Shown one piece after another: positions 16,200-25,352 of a stretch of DNA of 33,089 nucleotides. This DNA is from Planctomycetota bacterium. GTDB taxonomy: Bacteria > Planctomycetota > Planctomycetia > Pirellulales > Lacipirellulaceae. The stretch lies in the NCBI GenBank assembly GCA_039190745.1, contig JBCCXZ010000044.1, forward strand, positions 1 through 33,089, read 5' to 3'. Position 1 is the stretch's first letter. The number at the start of each line of letters is the position of its first letter. A model generated the notes under the pieces. The model made no database searches and had not been told where the DNA came from. It worked only from the letters and a program-made list of their open reading frames with translations. Position numbers and translations under genes: made by a program.

Positions 16200-18529
16200 A
16201 CCAGCACGTTCAGCGCGATCCGCGCCGCGTCTTGCCGAGAGTAGCCGGGGCACTCGGGCGATTCGTGCTGCTCGAGCGCACAGCTGATGTCGTACGGCGA
16301 GAACACCATCGCAAGCCGCCCGTCGATCTCAATACCCTCGAGCTCGGGCTCGCCCTTGAGCACCCGGGCCCGGAGCGGCTCGCCGGGGTCGGGCCGGGCG
16401 GGGTCGCGGCGTTCGACCGTGCGGATGTCGAACCCGCCGGCCACGTCGTTCATTAGTGGGTGCGCCGCCGTCAAGCGTCTGAGCTGCTTGTCTGGAAGCA
16501 CGAGGGCCATTTCCCGCCGGAACGCCTCGGCGAACTCTTTGCTGCCGCAGATCGCGTCTGCGAACAGGGTGCCGCCGTTTCGCAGGAATTCGCTGAGCTG
16601 CTCGCGTTCCTGAGCGGTGAACGAGAAGCTGTTCCGGCCGTGCATGAACGCCATGTGGAACTGGAAGAGGGTTTCGTCAGCCGGCGAGACGGGGTACTCG
16701 TCGAGGTCGACCGACAGCCGCAGTTCGCCCTGCCCCGCCGTGCGGAGCAGGTTCACCAGCGCCCCCGGGGCGTCGTTGCAGCCGCCGCCGTGCTGGAGCT
16801 TAGCGATCTGGATCACCCCGCGGCTGCCGATGCCGGCCAGCTCGTCGAGATTCTGCGTGGACGCGAAATTCTGCTCTTTGCCCTGCGGCTCGCGATTGGT
16901 GGCGTAGGCGAGCACGTTGAGCCCGATCGCGTAGGCGTCTTCTGTGCGCCCGCGGACCACCGGGGGCAAGTCGTCCGGCGACGACTCCAGCCGGCCGCCC
17001 AGTTCCCAGTAGCACGAGAGGTCGACTTCGCAGAACGCCACGCAGGTGCGGCAGCCGTACTCGACGGTCCACAACCGACCGGCGTAGGGCGACTCGGGTC
17101 GGACGAGCCTCTCGGTGCGCCACAGCGGGTGCTCAGGCCCCGCGCGGCGGAGGCGGTACTCCTTCTCGGGGAACACCTTGTCCATGAACTTGCGGAAACC
17201 GCTCTCGAACTCCTCCCCGTCGAGACAGCACGCCTCGGCGAACAGGAACCCGCCCCGGTCGAGGTACGCACGCACGCGCTCAGCGTAGGGCTCGAGCCTC
17301 GGGTTCTCGCTGCCGCTCACAAACAGAATGGGGGTCGAGAGCAGGTCTTCGACCGACGAGCCGTCCGCCTTCAGGAGTTGCCAGGTCATGTCGAGCTGCC
17401 AAGCCTTCTCCGCGGCCGCGGTGACGTTGGCGACGTCCGAGCTGTGGTTGTCCCAGTCGTCGCCCGGCTCGTGGATCAGCTTGCTCATCAGCACCGGCCG
17501 ACGCCCCTTCGAGAGGAACAGCAGCGCGTAGGCGGTGGTGATCTGGGGGTTGTTCTCGTAGGTACCCGTGCCGGTCCAGTGATGGCTGAACTGGTCCTGC
17601 TCGAGCACCAAGAACTGGGTGCCCTCGCGGTACCAATCGAAACGGTCAATCAGTCTGCGGGCCGAGAGCCGGCCGACGCGCTCGAGGGCGTAGAGGTAGT
17701 AGTAGTGCCAGACGTGGCCCATCCGGCGCAGGCCGGGGTTGCGTTTGACAGAGAAATTGTTGCCCAGCCATTTGAGGGCGCGTTCCAGCGAGTCGTCCTC
17801 TTCCTGAAGCTGGCAGCACGACACGAGCCCGTCGTCGATCACCGCGTCGCGGTTGTTGGTCCGCAGACTGCAGATGAGCGTCGAAGCGATCCCCGCGCAG
17901 GTCATGCTCCCGGTGCCCTGCTGCCAGCTGGGTTGGTAGCCCCACGAACCGTCGGCGTTCTGCCCCTCTCGCCAGTACTGCGCGGCCTTCTCCCAGGTCT
18001 CTTGCCGAACGACCGCACCGGCGCGTTCGGCCTCGTGTAGCGCGAGCACCGCAAACTGCGAGTTGCTGTTGTCGCCCTGCTGCGCGCCCTGCGGGTACGA
18101 CCAACCGCCGCTCGGCAGCTGTGTGCCCTGGAGCTCATCGGCGTTCCGCTGGATCAAGAGCCGGTCTTGCCGCGGCTGGGCCGCGCAGAACACCATCGTC
18201 TGCAGCGACGTGGTATAGGTCTTATCCGGCGTCAATCCGCGGAGGTACTTGAGCGCCTTCTGGATGCGGGGGTCTTCGGGCTCCACCCCCGCGTTGAGCA
18301 ACGCGAGGGTGCAGAGTGCCGTGACGCCGCCCGGGTATTGGTTGACGTCGTCCCACTTGCCCCGGGGCGATTGTTCTTCCAGCAGGAATTGGGTCGCCCG
18401 GCGGATCGATTCCCGCACCTGCTGAGGTGTGACCGAACCCGGTACCTGGGCCGGCGCCACCCGCGCACCCAACGGTGCGGCCAAGATCAGCGACAGAACG
18501 ATCGGGACGGAAGCACGGTGTCGGAGCAT
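16163..18529 (-). CDS. Secreted prenyltransferase-like alpha/alpha-toroid protein with two DUF4159 domains
   Basis: Signal peptide, Q..GGWSY, QNADGSWGY, DNSNSQFA, SMTCAG and YYYLYALERVG. Duplicated YLDRGGFLFAEACC and FLRNGGTLFADAIC, and IGLNVLAY and IALNVLVY. Overlaps the 3' end of the MMPL gene by 37 nt. Confidence 0.85.
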   Translation of the reverse strand: MLRHRASVPIVLSLILAAPLGARVAPAQVPGSVTPQQVRESIRRATQFLLEEQSPRGKWDDVNQYPGGVTALCTLALLNAGVEPEDPRIQKALKYLRGLTPDKTYTTSLQTMVFCAAQPRQDRLLIQRNADELQGTQLPSGGWSYPQGAQQGDNSNSQFAVLALHEAERAGAVVRQETWEKAAQYWREGQNADGSWGYQPSWQQGTGSMTCAGIASTLICSLRTNNRDAVIDDGLVSCCQLQEEDDSLERALKWLGNNFSVKRNPGLRRMGHVWHYYYLYALERVGRLSARRLIDRFDWYREGTQFLVLEQDQFSHHWTGTGTYENNPQITTAYALLFLSKGRRPVLMSKLIHEPGDDWDNHSSDVANVTAAAEKAWQLDMTWQLLKADGSSVEDLLSTPILFVSGSENPRLEPYAERVRAYLDRGGFLFAEACCLDGEEFESGFRKFMDKVFPEKEYRLRRAGPEHPLWRTERLVRPESPYAGRLWTVEYGCRTCVAFCEVDLSCYWELGGRLESSPDDLPPVVRGRTEDAYAIGLNVLAYATNREPQGKEQNFASTQNLDELAGIGSRGVIQIAKLQHGGGCNDAPGALVNLLRTAGQGELRLSVDLDEYPVSPADETLFQFHMAFMHGRNSFSFTAQEREQLSEFLRNGGTLFADAICGSKEFAEAFRREMALVLPDKQLRRLTAAHPLMNDVAGGFDIRTVERRDPARPDPGEPLRARVLKGEPELEGIEIDGRLAMVFSPYDISCALEQHESPECPGYSRQDAARIALNVLVYSLNPDAAAAP

Positions 18530-18572
18530 CAACAACCTTAACGCAGATTTCCTAGAACGCCCTCACGCCTCC

Positions 18573-18640
18573 ATCCTAGGTCTGCCGCTGCGGTTGAACA
18601 ATGCGGCCTCGTTGTCGCTTGTTGACGACGCCGATAGAAT
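18573..18640. promoter_or_regulatory. Divergent sigma70-type promoter pair (DUF4159 gene and moxR)
   Basis: Minus strand TTGTTC (18601-18596), 17 nt, TAGGAT (18578-18573). Plus strand TTGTCG (18612-18617), 17 nt, TAGAAT (18635-18640). Confidence 0.55.
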
Positions 18641-18697
18641 TGGCCGGTCGGCTGCGGCAACCGCCTGCGCCACCCCACCACCGCAGGACAACACGCT

Positions 18698-19729
18698 GTG
18701 AGCCGCAACCTCGGCGACATCCTCAAAGAGTTCCGCCAGCACCGCCACGTGATGCAGCAAGAGCTGCAGAAGGTGATCGTCGGTCAGGACGAAGTGATCG
18801 AGCAGATCTTCGCCGCCATCTTCACCCGTGGACACTGCCTGCTGGAAGGCGTCCCCGGGCTGGCCAAGACGCTCATGGTCAGCACCCTCTCGCAGATCCT
18901 CGACCTGGAGTTCAAGCGCATCCAGTTCACGCCCGACCTGATGCCTTCGGACATCACCGGCACGAACGTGCTGGACGAGGACGAGCACGGCCGTCGGAGC
19001 TTCCGCTTCGTCGAGGGGCCGGTGTTCACCAACATCCTGCTGGCCGACGAAATCAACCGCACGCCGCCGAAGACCCAGGCTGCTCTGCTGCAGGCGATGC
19101 AGGAACGCGAGGTCTCCGTCGGCCAAACCACCTACGACCTGCCGCAGCCGTTCTTCACGATCGCCACGCAGAACCCCATCGAGCAGGAGGGTACCTACCC
19201 GCTGCCCGAGGCGCAGCTCGACCGGTTCATGTTTAACATCAAGGTCGACTACCCGTCGGCCGAGGAAGAGCGGCAAATCCTTACCGCCACCACGCGGCAG
19301 GACAAGCCCGAGGTGAAGAAGGTCCTCTCGGCGAAGGCGATCCTCAACCTGCAGAAGCTCGTCGGCTCGGTCGCGGTGAGCGAGTACGTCATCCAGTACG
19401 TCGCCGCGCTGGTGCGGGCCACGCGGCCGAAGGACGAATCGGCCCCTGAATTCATCCGCGAGCTGGTCGACTGGGGCGCCGGCCCCCGCGCGGGGCAGTT
19501 TCTCATCATGGGCGGCAAGTCGCTCGCCGCGATGGACGGCCGCTTCACCGTCGCGATCGAAGACGTGCAGAAGGTGGCCGTCCCCGTCCTCCGCCACCGC
19601 GTGAGCACCAACTTCCAGGCCCAGGCCGAGGGCATGAGTACCGAAGACGTGATCGCTCGCTTGCTCGAAGAGATCCCGGTGCCCGACGTACCGAAGTACG
19701 CAGAACAGGCCGTAGTGGGTAGCAGTTAG
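18698..19729 (+). CDS. MoxR family AAA+ ATPase
   Basis: Walker [21 protein letters not shown], Walker B LLADEINR and [21 protein letters not shown]. Confidence 0.97.
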   Translation: MSRNLGDILKEFRQHRHVMQQELQKVIVGQDEVIEQIFAAIFTRGHCLLEGVPGLAKTLMVSTLSQILDLEFKRIQFTPDLMPSDITGTNVLDEDEHGRRSFRFVEGPVFTNILLADEINRTPPKTQAALLQAMQEREVSVGQTTYDLPQPFFTIATQNPIEQEGTYPLPEAQLDRFMFNIKVDYPSAEEERQILTATTRQDKPEVKKVLSAKAILNLQKLVGSVAVSEYVIQYVAALVRATRPKDESAPEFIRELVDWGAGPRAGQFLIMGGKSLAAMDGRFTVAIEDVQKVAVPVLRHRVSTNFQAQAEGMSTEDVIARLLEEIPVPDVPKYAEQAVVGSS

Positions 19730-19749
19730 CGATTCGACCAGATCAGATT

Positions 19750-19880
19750 CACCACGAAGACACAAAGGCACGAAGAAGCAGAAAGGAATACCAATCGGCA
19801 CTAATCAGAATTAGTGAAGATTAGTGCTGATTAGTGTTCCTCGTCTTTTCTCTTCTTTGTGCCTTCGTGTCTTTGTGGTT
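19750..19880. repeat. Nested inverted periodic repeat element (empty) between moxR and DUF58
   Basis: Outer arms caccacgaagacacaaaggcacgaagaag (19750-19778) and cttctttgtgccttcgtgtctttgtggtt (19852-19880), 8-nt period. Inner arms ccaatcggcactaatc (19791-19806) and attagtgaag|attagtgctg|attagtg (19810-19836), 10-nt period. Confidence 0.88.
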
Positions 19881-19903
19881 CATTCCCCGCTAGCCAGTTA
19901 CGT

Positions 19904-20800
19904 ATGGCCACCGTCGAGAAGTACCTCAAGCCCGAAGTCATCCGCCAGATCTCGCGGCTCGACCTGCGTGCGCAGTTCATCGTAAAGGGCTTTCTGCAAG
20001 GCCTCCACGCGAGCCCCTTCCACGGCTTTAGTGTCGAGTTCAGCGAGCACCGGAAGTACTCCACCGGCGACGACCCCAAAGACATCGACTGGCTCGTCTA
20101 CGCAAAGACTGACAAGTACTACGTCAAGAAGTTCGAGGCCGAGACCAACATCACCGGTTACCTGGTGATGGACCTCAGCGGCTCGATGGGCTACAGCCAC
20201 GAGCAGGAGCTCACCAAGTTCGAGTACTCGATCTGCCTCGCCGCGGCCCTCTGCTACCTGATGATCCACCAGAACGACCCCGTCGGCCTGGTCACCTTCG
20301 GCGAGAAGATCCTCGACGTGCTGCCCCCTAAGTCGAAGCGGCAGCAGATCGGCAACATCCTCTCGATCCTCGCCAACCTGCGACCCAACAAGCAGACCGA
20401 CATCGCCCACAGCCTCGACCAACTCGCGGCGATGCTCCGCCACAGCAGCCTGGTGATGGTCTTCAGCGACCTGCTCGCCGAACCCGACGAGGTGATCGCC
20501 GCGTTGCGCCGGCTGCGGCACGGCGGGCACGACGTGATCCTGTTCCACGTGCTCGACCACGCCGAGGTGGAGTTCCCCTTCGACGGCCTCGTCGAGCTGC
20601 GCGACCCCGAGTCGGACCAGTCGCTCGAGGTCGACGCCGACGGCTACCGCACCGACTACCTGGAAGCGATCGCCGATTTTCGCCGCACGTACGAGAAGGA
20701 GTGCCGCCAGAGCCGCATCGATTACGTGCCGCTCGACACGAGTATGCAGTTCGACCGGGCGCTGACCGAATACCTCGCCAACCGGCACAACTGGGGCTGA
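19904..20800 (+). CDS. DUF58 domain (vWA-like) protein
   Basis: GLHASPFHGFSVEFSEHRKYSTGDDPKDIDW, KKFEAET, DLSGSM and VFSDLL. Start set at ATG 19904. Confidence 0.95.
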   Translation: MATVEKYLKPEVIRQISRLDLRAQFIVKGFLQGLHASPFHGFSVEFSEHRKYSTGDDPKDIDWLVYAKTDKYYVKKFEAETNITGYLVMDLSGSMGYSHEQELTKFEYSICLAAALCYLMIHQNDPVGLVTFGEKILDVLPPKSKRQQIGNILSILANLRPNKQTDIAHSLDQLAAMLRHSSLVMVFSDLLAEPDEVIAALRRLRHGGHDVILFHVLDHAEVEFPFDGLVELRDPESDQSLEVDADGYRTDYLEAIADFRRTYEKECRQSRIDYVPLDTSMQFDRALTEYLANRHNWG

Positions 20801-20804
20801 CGCG

Positions 20805-22949
20805 ATGGGGTTTCTCACACCAGTGCTGCTCGGCGGCGCGGCCTTGATCGCCGTGCCGATCCTGCTGCACCTGGTGATGCGCCGCCAGCCGCGGCGGCTC
20901 GACTTCCCCGCCCTGCGGTTCGTGCAGCAACGCCGCCGCTCGAACCAGCGCCGCATGCAGCTCCGCCACTGGTTGCTGCTGGCGTTGCGGTGTGCGTTGA
21001 TCGCGGGGCTGGCCTTCGCCCTAGCACGACCAACGCTTAAAGGAACCGGCTTGCGTGGGAAAGAGGGAGCACCGCTAGCCGTGGCCGTCGTGGTCGACAA
21101 CTCGCTCCGGATGCAACTAGTCTCCGGAAACCAAACGCGGCTGGAGCAAGCCCGAGAGGCGGCCGGGAGGTTCATCTCGCAGCTTCCCGAAGGCTCGAAG
21201 GTCGCGGTGGTCGACCGCAGCGGGGCGAGCAGCGGCTTCGCAGTAGACACGGCCACCGCGCGCTCGCGGGCGGACAATCTGCTGCTGGAAAGCGCCCCGA
21301 GACCGCTCGACGAGGCGGTGATCGAAGCAATCGACCTGCTCGCTCAACAACCCGACCACCGGCAAGAGCTGTTCCTCTTCTCCGACCTCACCACAGCTTC
21401 CCTGGGTCCCGACGCGCTAACGGCTATCGCCGAATCGCTAGAGTCTCATAAGGAGGTCCGGCTCTACATCGCCGACGTGGGCGTCGACCAGCCGATCAAC
21501 GCCGCGATCACCCGCGTAGAAGTCCCCAAGAAGCGGCTGCGGCAGGGCGAGCCCCTGCGGGTCGAGGCGTCGGTAGAGCTTACTGGCTTAGCCGAAACCC
21601 AGGTCGTCGAGCTGTTCGTCCGTTCCGAGGCGGGCGACGAGGTCAAGCGCGGCCAGCGGTTTGCGGAAGCCGCGGCAGACGGGACCGCCCTCGTGAAGTT
21701 CGAGGTCGCCGACCTGCCGCTGGGCACACACCAGGGGCACGTGGCACTCTCATCGTCCGACCCGCTGGCGTTCGACAACCGCCGGTCGTTCACCGTTGAA
21801 GTCACGCCGCCCACGCGGGTGTTGCTGCTCGGCCAGTCGACCGACGACACGCTGTTCCTCAGCGAGGCGTTGTCGCCCTCGTTCCTCAACAACGAAGCCG
21901 GGGCCTTCCGCTGCACCAGCAAGACGTTTGCACAACTCACGGACGAAGCGTTGCAAGGCCAGCCTCTCACTGAGTTCGACGCGGTCTGCCTGCTCGACCC
22001 GCCGCCCCTGGAAGACCGGCTGTGGCAGGCGTTGGTTGACGCCGCGGACGAAGGCCTGGGCGTCGGCATTTTCCTGGGCCACCGCGCACGCCCTTCGGCC
22101 TTCGCGGAATCACTCCCGCAGCAGTTGCTCCCGGGGCCTCTTGCCCGCCGGTCGCGTGACTCGACGCACCTCCGGCCGCGCAACCTCGACCACCCCGCCA
22201 CCGTTGGCCTCAAAAACTACGCCGAGGACATCCCCTGGCAGGTCTACCCCGTGCTGACGCATTGGCAGTTTGAGGAACTCGCTGGTGACGCGTTCGTGGT
22301 GGCGCGCTACGCCAACCGCTCCCCAGCCATCGTGGAACGGCCCGTCGGTCGCGGCCGGCTCATCACGATCACTACGCCGGTCTCCGACCCGCTTGAGCCC
22401 GAAGGACGCGAACCCTGGAACCTACTCCCGACGGGGCCGGAGCCTTGGCCTTTCGTCGCCCTAAGTCGGCAACTCGTGGGCTACCTTGCCCAGCGGGGGG
22501 AGGAGCAGCTGAACCTCCGCCCCGGCGAGACCGCGACGATACGGCTGCCCGGCGGGTCGGAACTGTCGAGCTTCGTCTTTCAGCCGCCCGACGGGCTGCC
22601 CCTGCGGCGGACGCTGCCGCCGGGAGCCGATTCGATCCAGGTAGGGTCCACCAGGGCATTGGGCAACTACCGCGTCGTCGCAGGCGGCCGCAGCGGAGAG
22701 CTCGACCGCGGGTTCAGCGTCAACGCCGCGCCCGAGCTTAGCCGGCTCGAGCGGATCGACGGGAAGACACTCACCGCAGCACTCCCGGCAGACCGCGTGC
22801 GAGTCGCCCGCGAGTTCAACGACGTGCAGAAATACGTCGACGTCGGCCGGACCGGCCGGGAACTCTTCCCCTGGGCCATCTCGCTGGTCGCAATGGTGTG
22901 GTGCGCCGAGGGTCTGCTCTCCAACCGCTTCTACCGGGGGGGAGAGTAG
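20805..22949 (+). CDS. BatA N-terminal domain plus vWA domain membrane protein
   Basis: AVPILLHL..FPALRF..WLLLALR..ALARP (BatA/aerotolerance N-terminus), VVDNSLRM, FSDL and DPLAFDNRR; C-terminal TM helix. Confidence 0.9.
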   Translation: MGFLTPVLLGGAALIAVPILLHLVMRRQPRRLDFPALRFVQQRRRSNQRRMQLRHWLLLALRCALIAGLAFALARPTLKGTGLRGKEGAPLAVAVVVDNSLRMQLVSGNQTRLEQAREAAGRFISQLPEGSKVAVVDRSGASSGFAVDTATARSRADNLLLESAPRPLDEAVIEAIDLLAQQPDHRQELFLFSDLTTASLGPDALTAIAESLESHKEVRLYIADVGVDQPINAAITRVEVPKKRLRQGEPLRVEASVELTGLAETQVVELFVRSEAGDEVKRGQRFAEAAADGTALVKFEVADLPLGTHQGHVALSSSDPLAFDNRRSFTVEVTPPTRVLLLGQSTDDTLFLSEALSPSFLNNEAGAFRCTSKTFAQLTDEALQGQPLTEFDAVCLLDPPPLEDRLWQALVDAADEGLGVGIFLGHRARPSAFAESLPQQLLPGPLARRSRDSTHLRPRNLDHPATVGLKNYAEDIPWQVYPVLTHWQFEELAGDAFVVARYANRSPAIVERPVGRGRLITITTPVSDPLEPEGREPWNLLPTGPEPWPFVALSRQLVGYLAQRGEEQLNLRPGETATIRLPGGSELSSFVFQPPDGLPLRRTLPPGADSIQVGSTRALGNYRVVAGGRSGELDRGFSVNAAPELSRLERIDGKTLTAALPADRVRVAREFNDVQKYVDVGRTGRELFPWAISLVAMVWCAEGLLSNRFYRGGE

Positions 22950-22951
22950 CC

Positions 22952-25225
22952 ATGTGGCGTGTCGACCCCGTGGGGGGCGGGTGGGCCCTGTTGTTGCTCG
23001 CCGCCTTAGTCGTGACAGTGCTCGCGGTGCGCCCGCGGGGCACGCGGCTGAACGACCGCCGGCGTCGCTTCCTCGTCGTCATGCGTCTTCTCAGCGCGGG
23101 GTTGTTATTGCTTTTACTGCTGCGTCCGAGTGTGGAGACGGTCACCACCGAAACCTTACCCGGCACCCTGCTGATGCTGATCGACGACTCCCGCAGCATG
23201 CAGGTCGAAGACTCGCTGGCCAACCAATCCCGATGGGTAGCCGTACGTTCGGTGCTGGAAGAAGCCGCAGACAAACTCGACACGCTGGGCGAAACCTGGG
23301 ACATCAAGCCATACCTATTCGCCGACCAGGTGCGGCCAGTGCCCGCCTATGAAGGCACGTTCGAATTGCCGGCAGAGCCTCTCGGTTCCCAAACCGCTTT
23401 GGGTTTCGCGATCGACGAGACTCTCCGCCGCGAGTCGCAACAGCGGATCATCGCGACACTGCTGCTCAGCGACGGAGCCCAGCGTGCGTTCGCGCCACGC
23501 GACACTCCGCCGCAGACGGCGGTGCGTAGGCTCACCACCGACGGCATCCCGCTCTACACGTTCACTTTTGGCAAGCCCGCTTCAGGCCTCCGGACCGACC
23601 TGCGCGTGAGCGACCTACTCGTTCCGCCCTCCGCGTTTTCCGAAACACCTTTGAGCGTCTCTGCCACGGTCTCCGTCGAAGGCTACAGCAACGAGTCGTT
23701 CACCGTCCGCCTGTTGTGGGAGAACGCGTATGGCGAGATGGAGACGGTCGACACGCGCAAAATCAGCGTCGACGCCAAGCCCAAGAGCAGCGTGGTCAAC
23801 TTCGCGCACACCCCGACCGCGCCGGGGGAGTATAAGATCGCCGTCGAGGTCGAGTCGCCCGAGGGCGAGTTGATCGCGTCGAACAACTCCCAGAGCACAT
23901 TCGTTAACATCGTCAAAGGCGGCGTCAACGTGCTCTACCTCGCGGGGTCGAACCGCATCGGCGGCGGCCCCGGCATTGAATCGAGGTTCGTCCGCCAGGC
24001 GCTCGCGGCGCACGCAGACATCAACGTCGACTTCCGGTTTTTCAACTACCGGCAGCCGCGGGCGGACCTCCGCAAGCTGCTCAAGGAGGAGAAACGCGAC
24101 GCCTACCTGCTAGGCAACGTCGACGCCTCGGCGCTCGACACGCCGAGCTGGCGCGTGATCGCCGACGCGGTCGAAAGCGGCGCGGGGCTCGCCATGCTCG
24201 GCGGGTTCCACAGCTTCGGGCCAGGTGGTTTCCGGGGCACGCCGATCGAGCCCACGCTGCCGATGACCATCGGCCCCGCCGAGCGGCAGAACTTCGGCGA
24301 GCCGCCCCGCCGCGATATGCACCTCGAGCCGCCGATCCTCGTCGTGCCTCGGCCCCTTGGCGGGTTGGTCCACCCGATCATGCGGCTTGAAGAAACGGTC
24401 GACTCGATGCGGGGCTGGCAGGAACTGCCACCGCTCGACGGAGCGAACCGCTTCGAGCCCCGCACGCTCAAACCCAACGCGCAGGTGATCGCCGTGGCCG
24501 AAGGCGGGCGGAAGCCGCCGTTGATTGTCACCGGGGCCTGGGGCCGGGGCCGCACTATCGCCGCGGCGTTCGACTCGACCTGGCGTTGGCAGCTCGGCGG
24601 CCACCCGGAACTGCTCAGCCGCTTCTGGCGGCAGATGGTTCTCTGGCTGGCCCAGAAGGACGAGTCCGCCGACCAGCGGGTCTGGGTCAAGCTCGACCAA
24701 CGCCGGTACGAACGCGGCAGTCGGGTCGAGTTCTCGCTCGGCGCCACCGGCGAAGACGCCGAGCCAGTTGAAAACGCCGTCTTCGAGGTCGTAGTCGAGC
24801 GCCCCGACGGAGGCGCCGTGGAGGTCCGCCCCACTGAGCGTGCCGGCGGCGTCGCGGGCGTCTTCCAGCAAACCGGCCAGCCCGGAGACTACCGCGTCGT
24901 GGTCCGGGCGAGCGCCGACGGCAAAGAGTTGGGCGGAACCACCGCGCGGTTCACCGTCCCCGACCTCGACACCGAGCTCGACCAACCCGCCGCGGAGCCG
25001 ACGCTGATGGCCTCGCTCGCCGGGCTCACCGCCGACGCGGGCGGCGAGGGGCTCGCCCCCGAGCAGTTCGGCGACCTGCTCGACGAACTCGCCGAGCGCA
25101 CGCAGGAGTTCGAGGAAGAAACCATCGAGCGGATCACGCTCTGGGACACTTGGCCGGCGATGATCGCGTTTGTCGCGGCTGTGGGGGCCGAATGGTGGCT
25201 CCGCAAACGATGGGGCCTCGTCTAA
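22952..25225 (+). CDS. Membrane protein with vWA-like and class I glutamine amidotransferase-like domains
   Basis: LIDDSRSM, LLSDG, GAGLAMLGGFHSFGPGG, STWRW, FWRQMVLWLA and C-terminal EWWLRKRWGL. Start set at ATG 22952. Confidence 0.85.
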   Translation: MWRVDPVGGGWALLLLAALVVTVLAVRPRGTRLNDRRRRFLVVMRLLSAGLLLLLLLRPSVETVTTETLPGTLLMLIDDSRSMQVEDSLANQSRWVAVRSVLEEAADKLDTLGETWDIKPYLFADQVRPVPAYEGTFELPAEPLGSQTALGFAIDETLRRESQQRIIATLLLSDGAQRAFAPRDTPPQTAVRRLTTDGIPLYTFTFGKPASGLRTDLRVSDLLVPPSAFSETPLSVSATVSVEGYSNESFTVRLLWENAYGEMETVDTRKISVDAKPKSSVVNFAHTPTAPGEYKIAVEVESPEGELIASNNSQSTFVNIVKGGVNVLYLAGSNRIGGGPGIESRFVRQALAAHADINVDFRFFNYRQPRADLRKLLKEEKRDAYLLGNVDASALDTPSWRVIADAVESGAGLAMLGGFHSFGPGGFRGTPIEPTLPMTIGPAERQNFGEPPRRDMHLEPPILVVPRPLGGLVHPIMRLEETVDSMRGWQELPPLDGANRFEPRTLKPNAQVIAVAEGGRKPPLIVTGAWGRGRTIAAAFDSTWRWQLGGHPELLSRFWRQMVLWLAQKDESADQRVWVKLDQRRYERGSRVEFSLGATGEDAEPVENAVFEVVVERPDGGAVEVRPTERAGGVAGVFQQTGQPGDYRVVVRASADGKELGGTTARFTVPDLDTELDQPAAEPTLMASLAGLTADAGGEGLAPEQFGDLLDELAERTQEFEEETIERITLWDTWPAMIAFVAAVGAEWWLRKRWGLV

Positions 25226-25311
25226 TCGTTGCCATTCAAGCAGCAAGCGGTACCGGCGAATACCTGGAAGGTGTGCCCAATGCCGCCCTACGGGCGGGCG
25301 GCCTCCGAGCC

Positions 25312-25317
25312 TATAAT
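25312..25317 (+). promoter_or_regulatory. Putative -10 element upstream of the GTPase pair
   Basis: TATAAT 35 nt upstream of ATG 25353. No good -35. Confidence 0.4.
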
Positions 25318-25352
25318 CGGCCAATGCCCCAACCCACTCCGCTCGAGGTTGC

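Noticed and set aside
16163..18529. Squalene-hopene cyclase call
   Set aside because: Only QW-like repeats are present; there is no DxDD motif, and the protein has a signal peptide and DUF4159 domains.
19750..19880. Periodic repeats read as a CRISPR array
   Set aside because: The units are 8-10 nt with no unique spacers of about 30 nt, and there are no cas genes.
16460..21277. Long antisense and alternate-frame ORFs (for example 16460-18040, 18563-19801, 19898-21277)
   Set aside because: These are shadow ORFs caused by high GC at third codon positions opposite well-supported genes.
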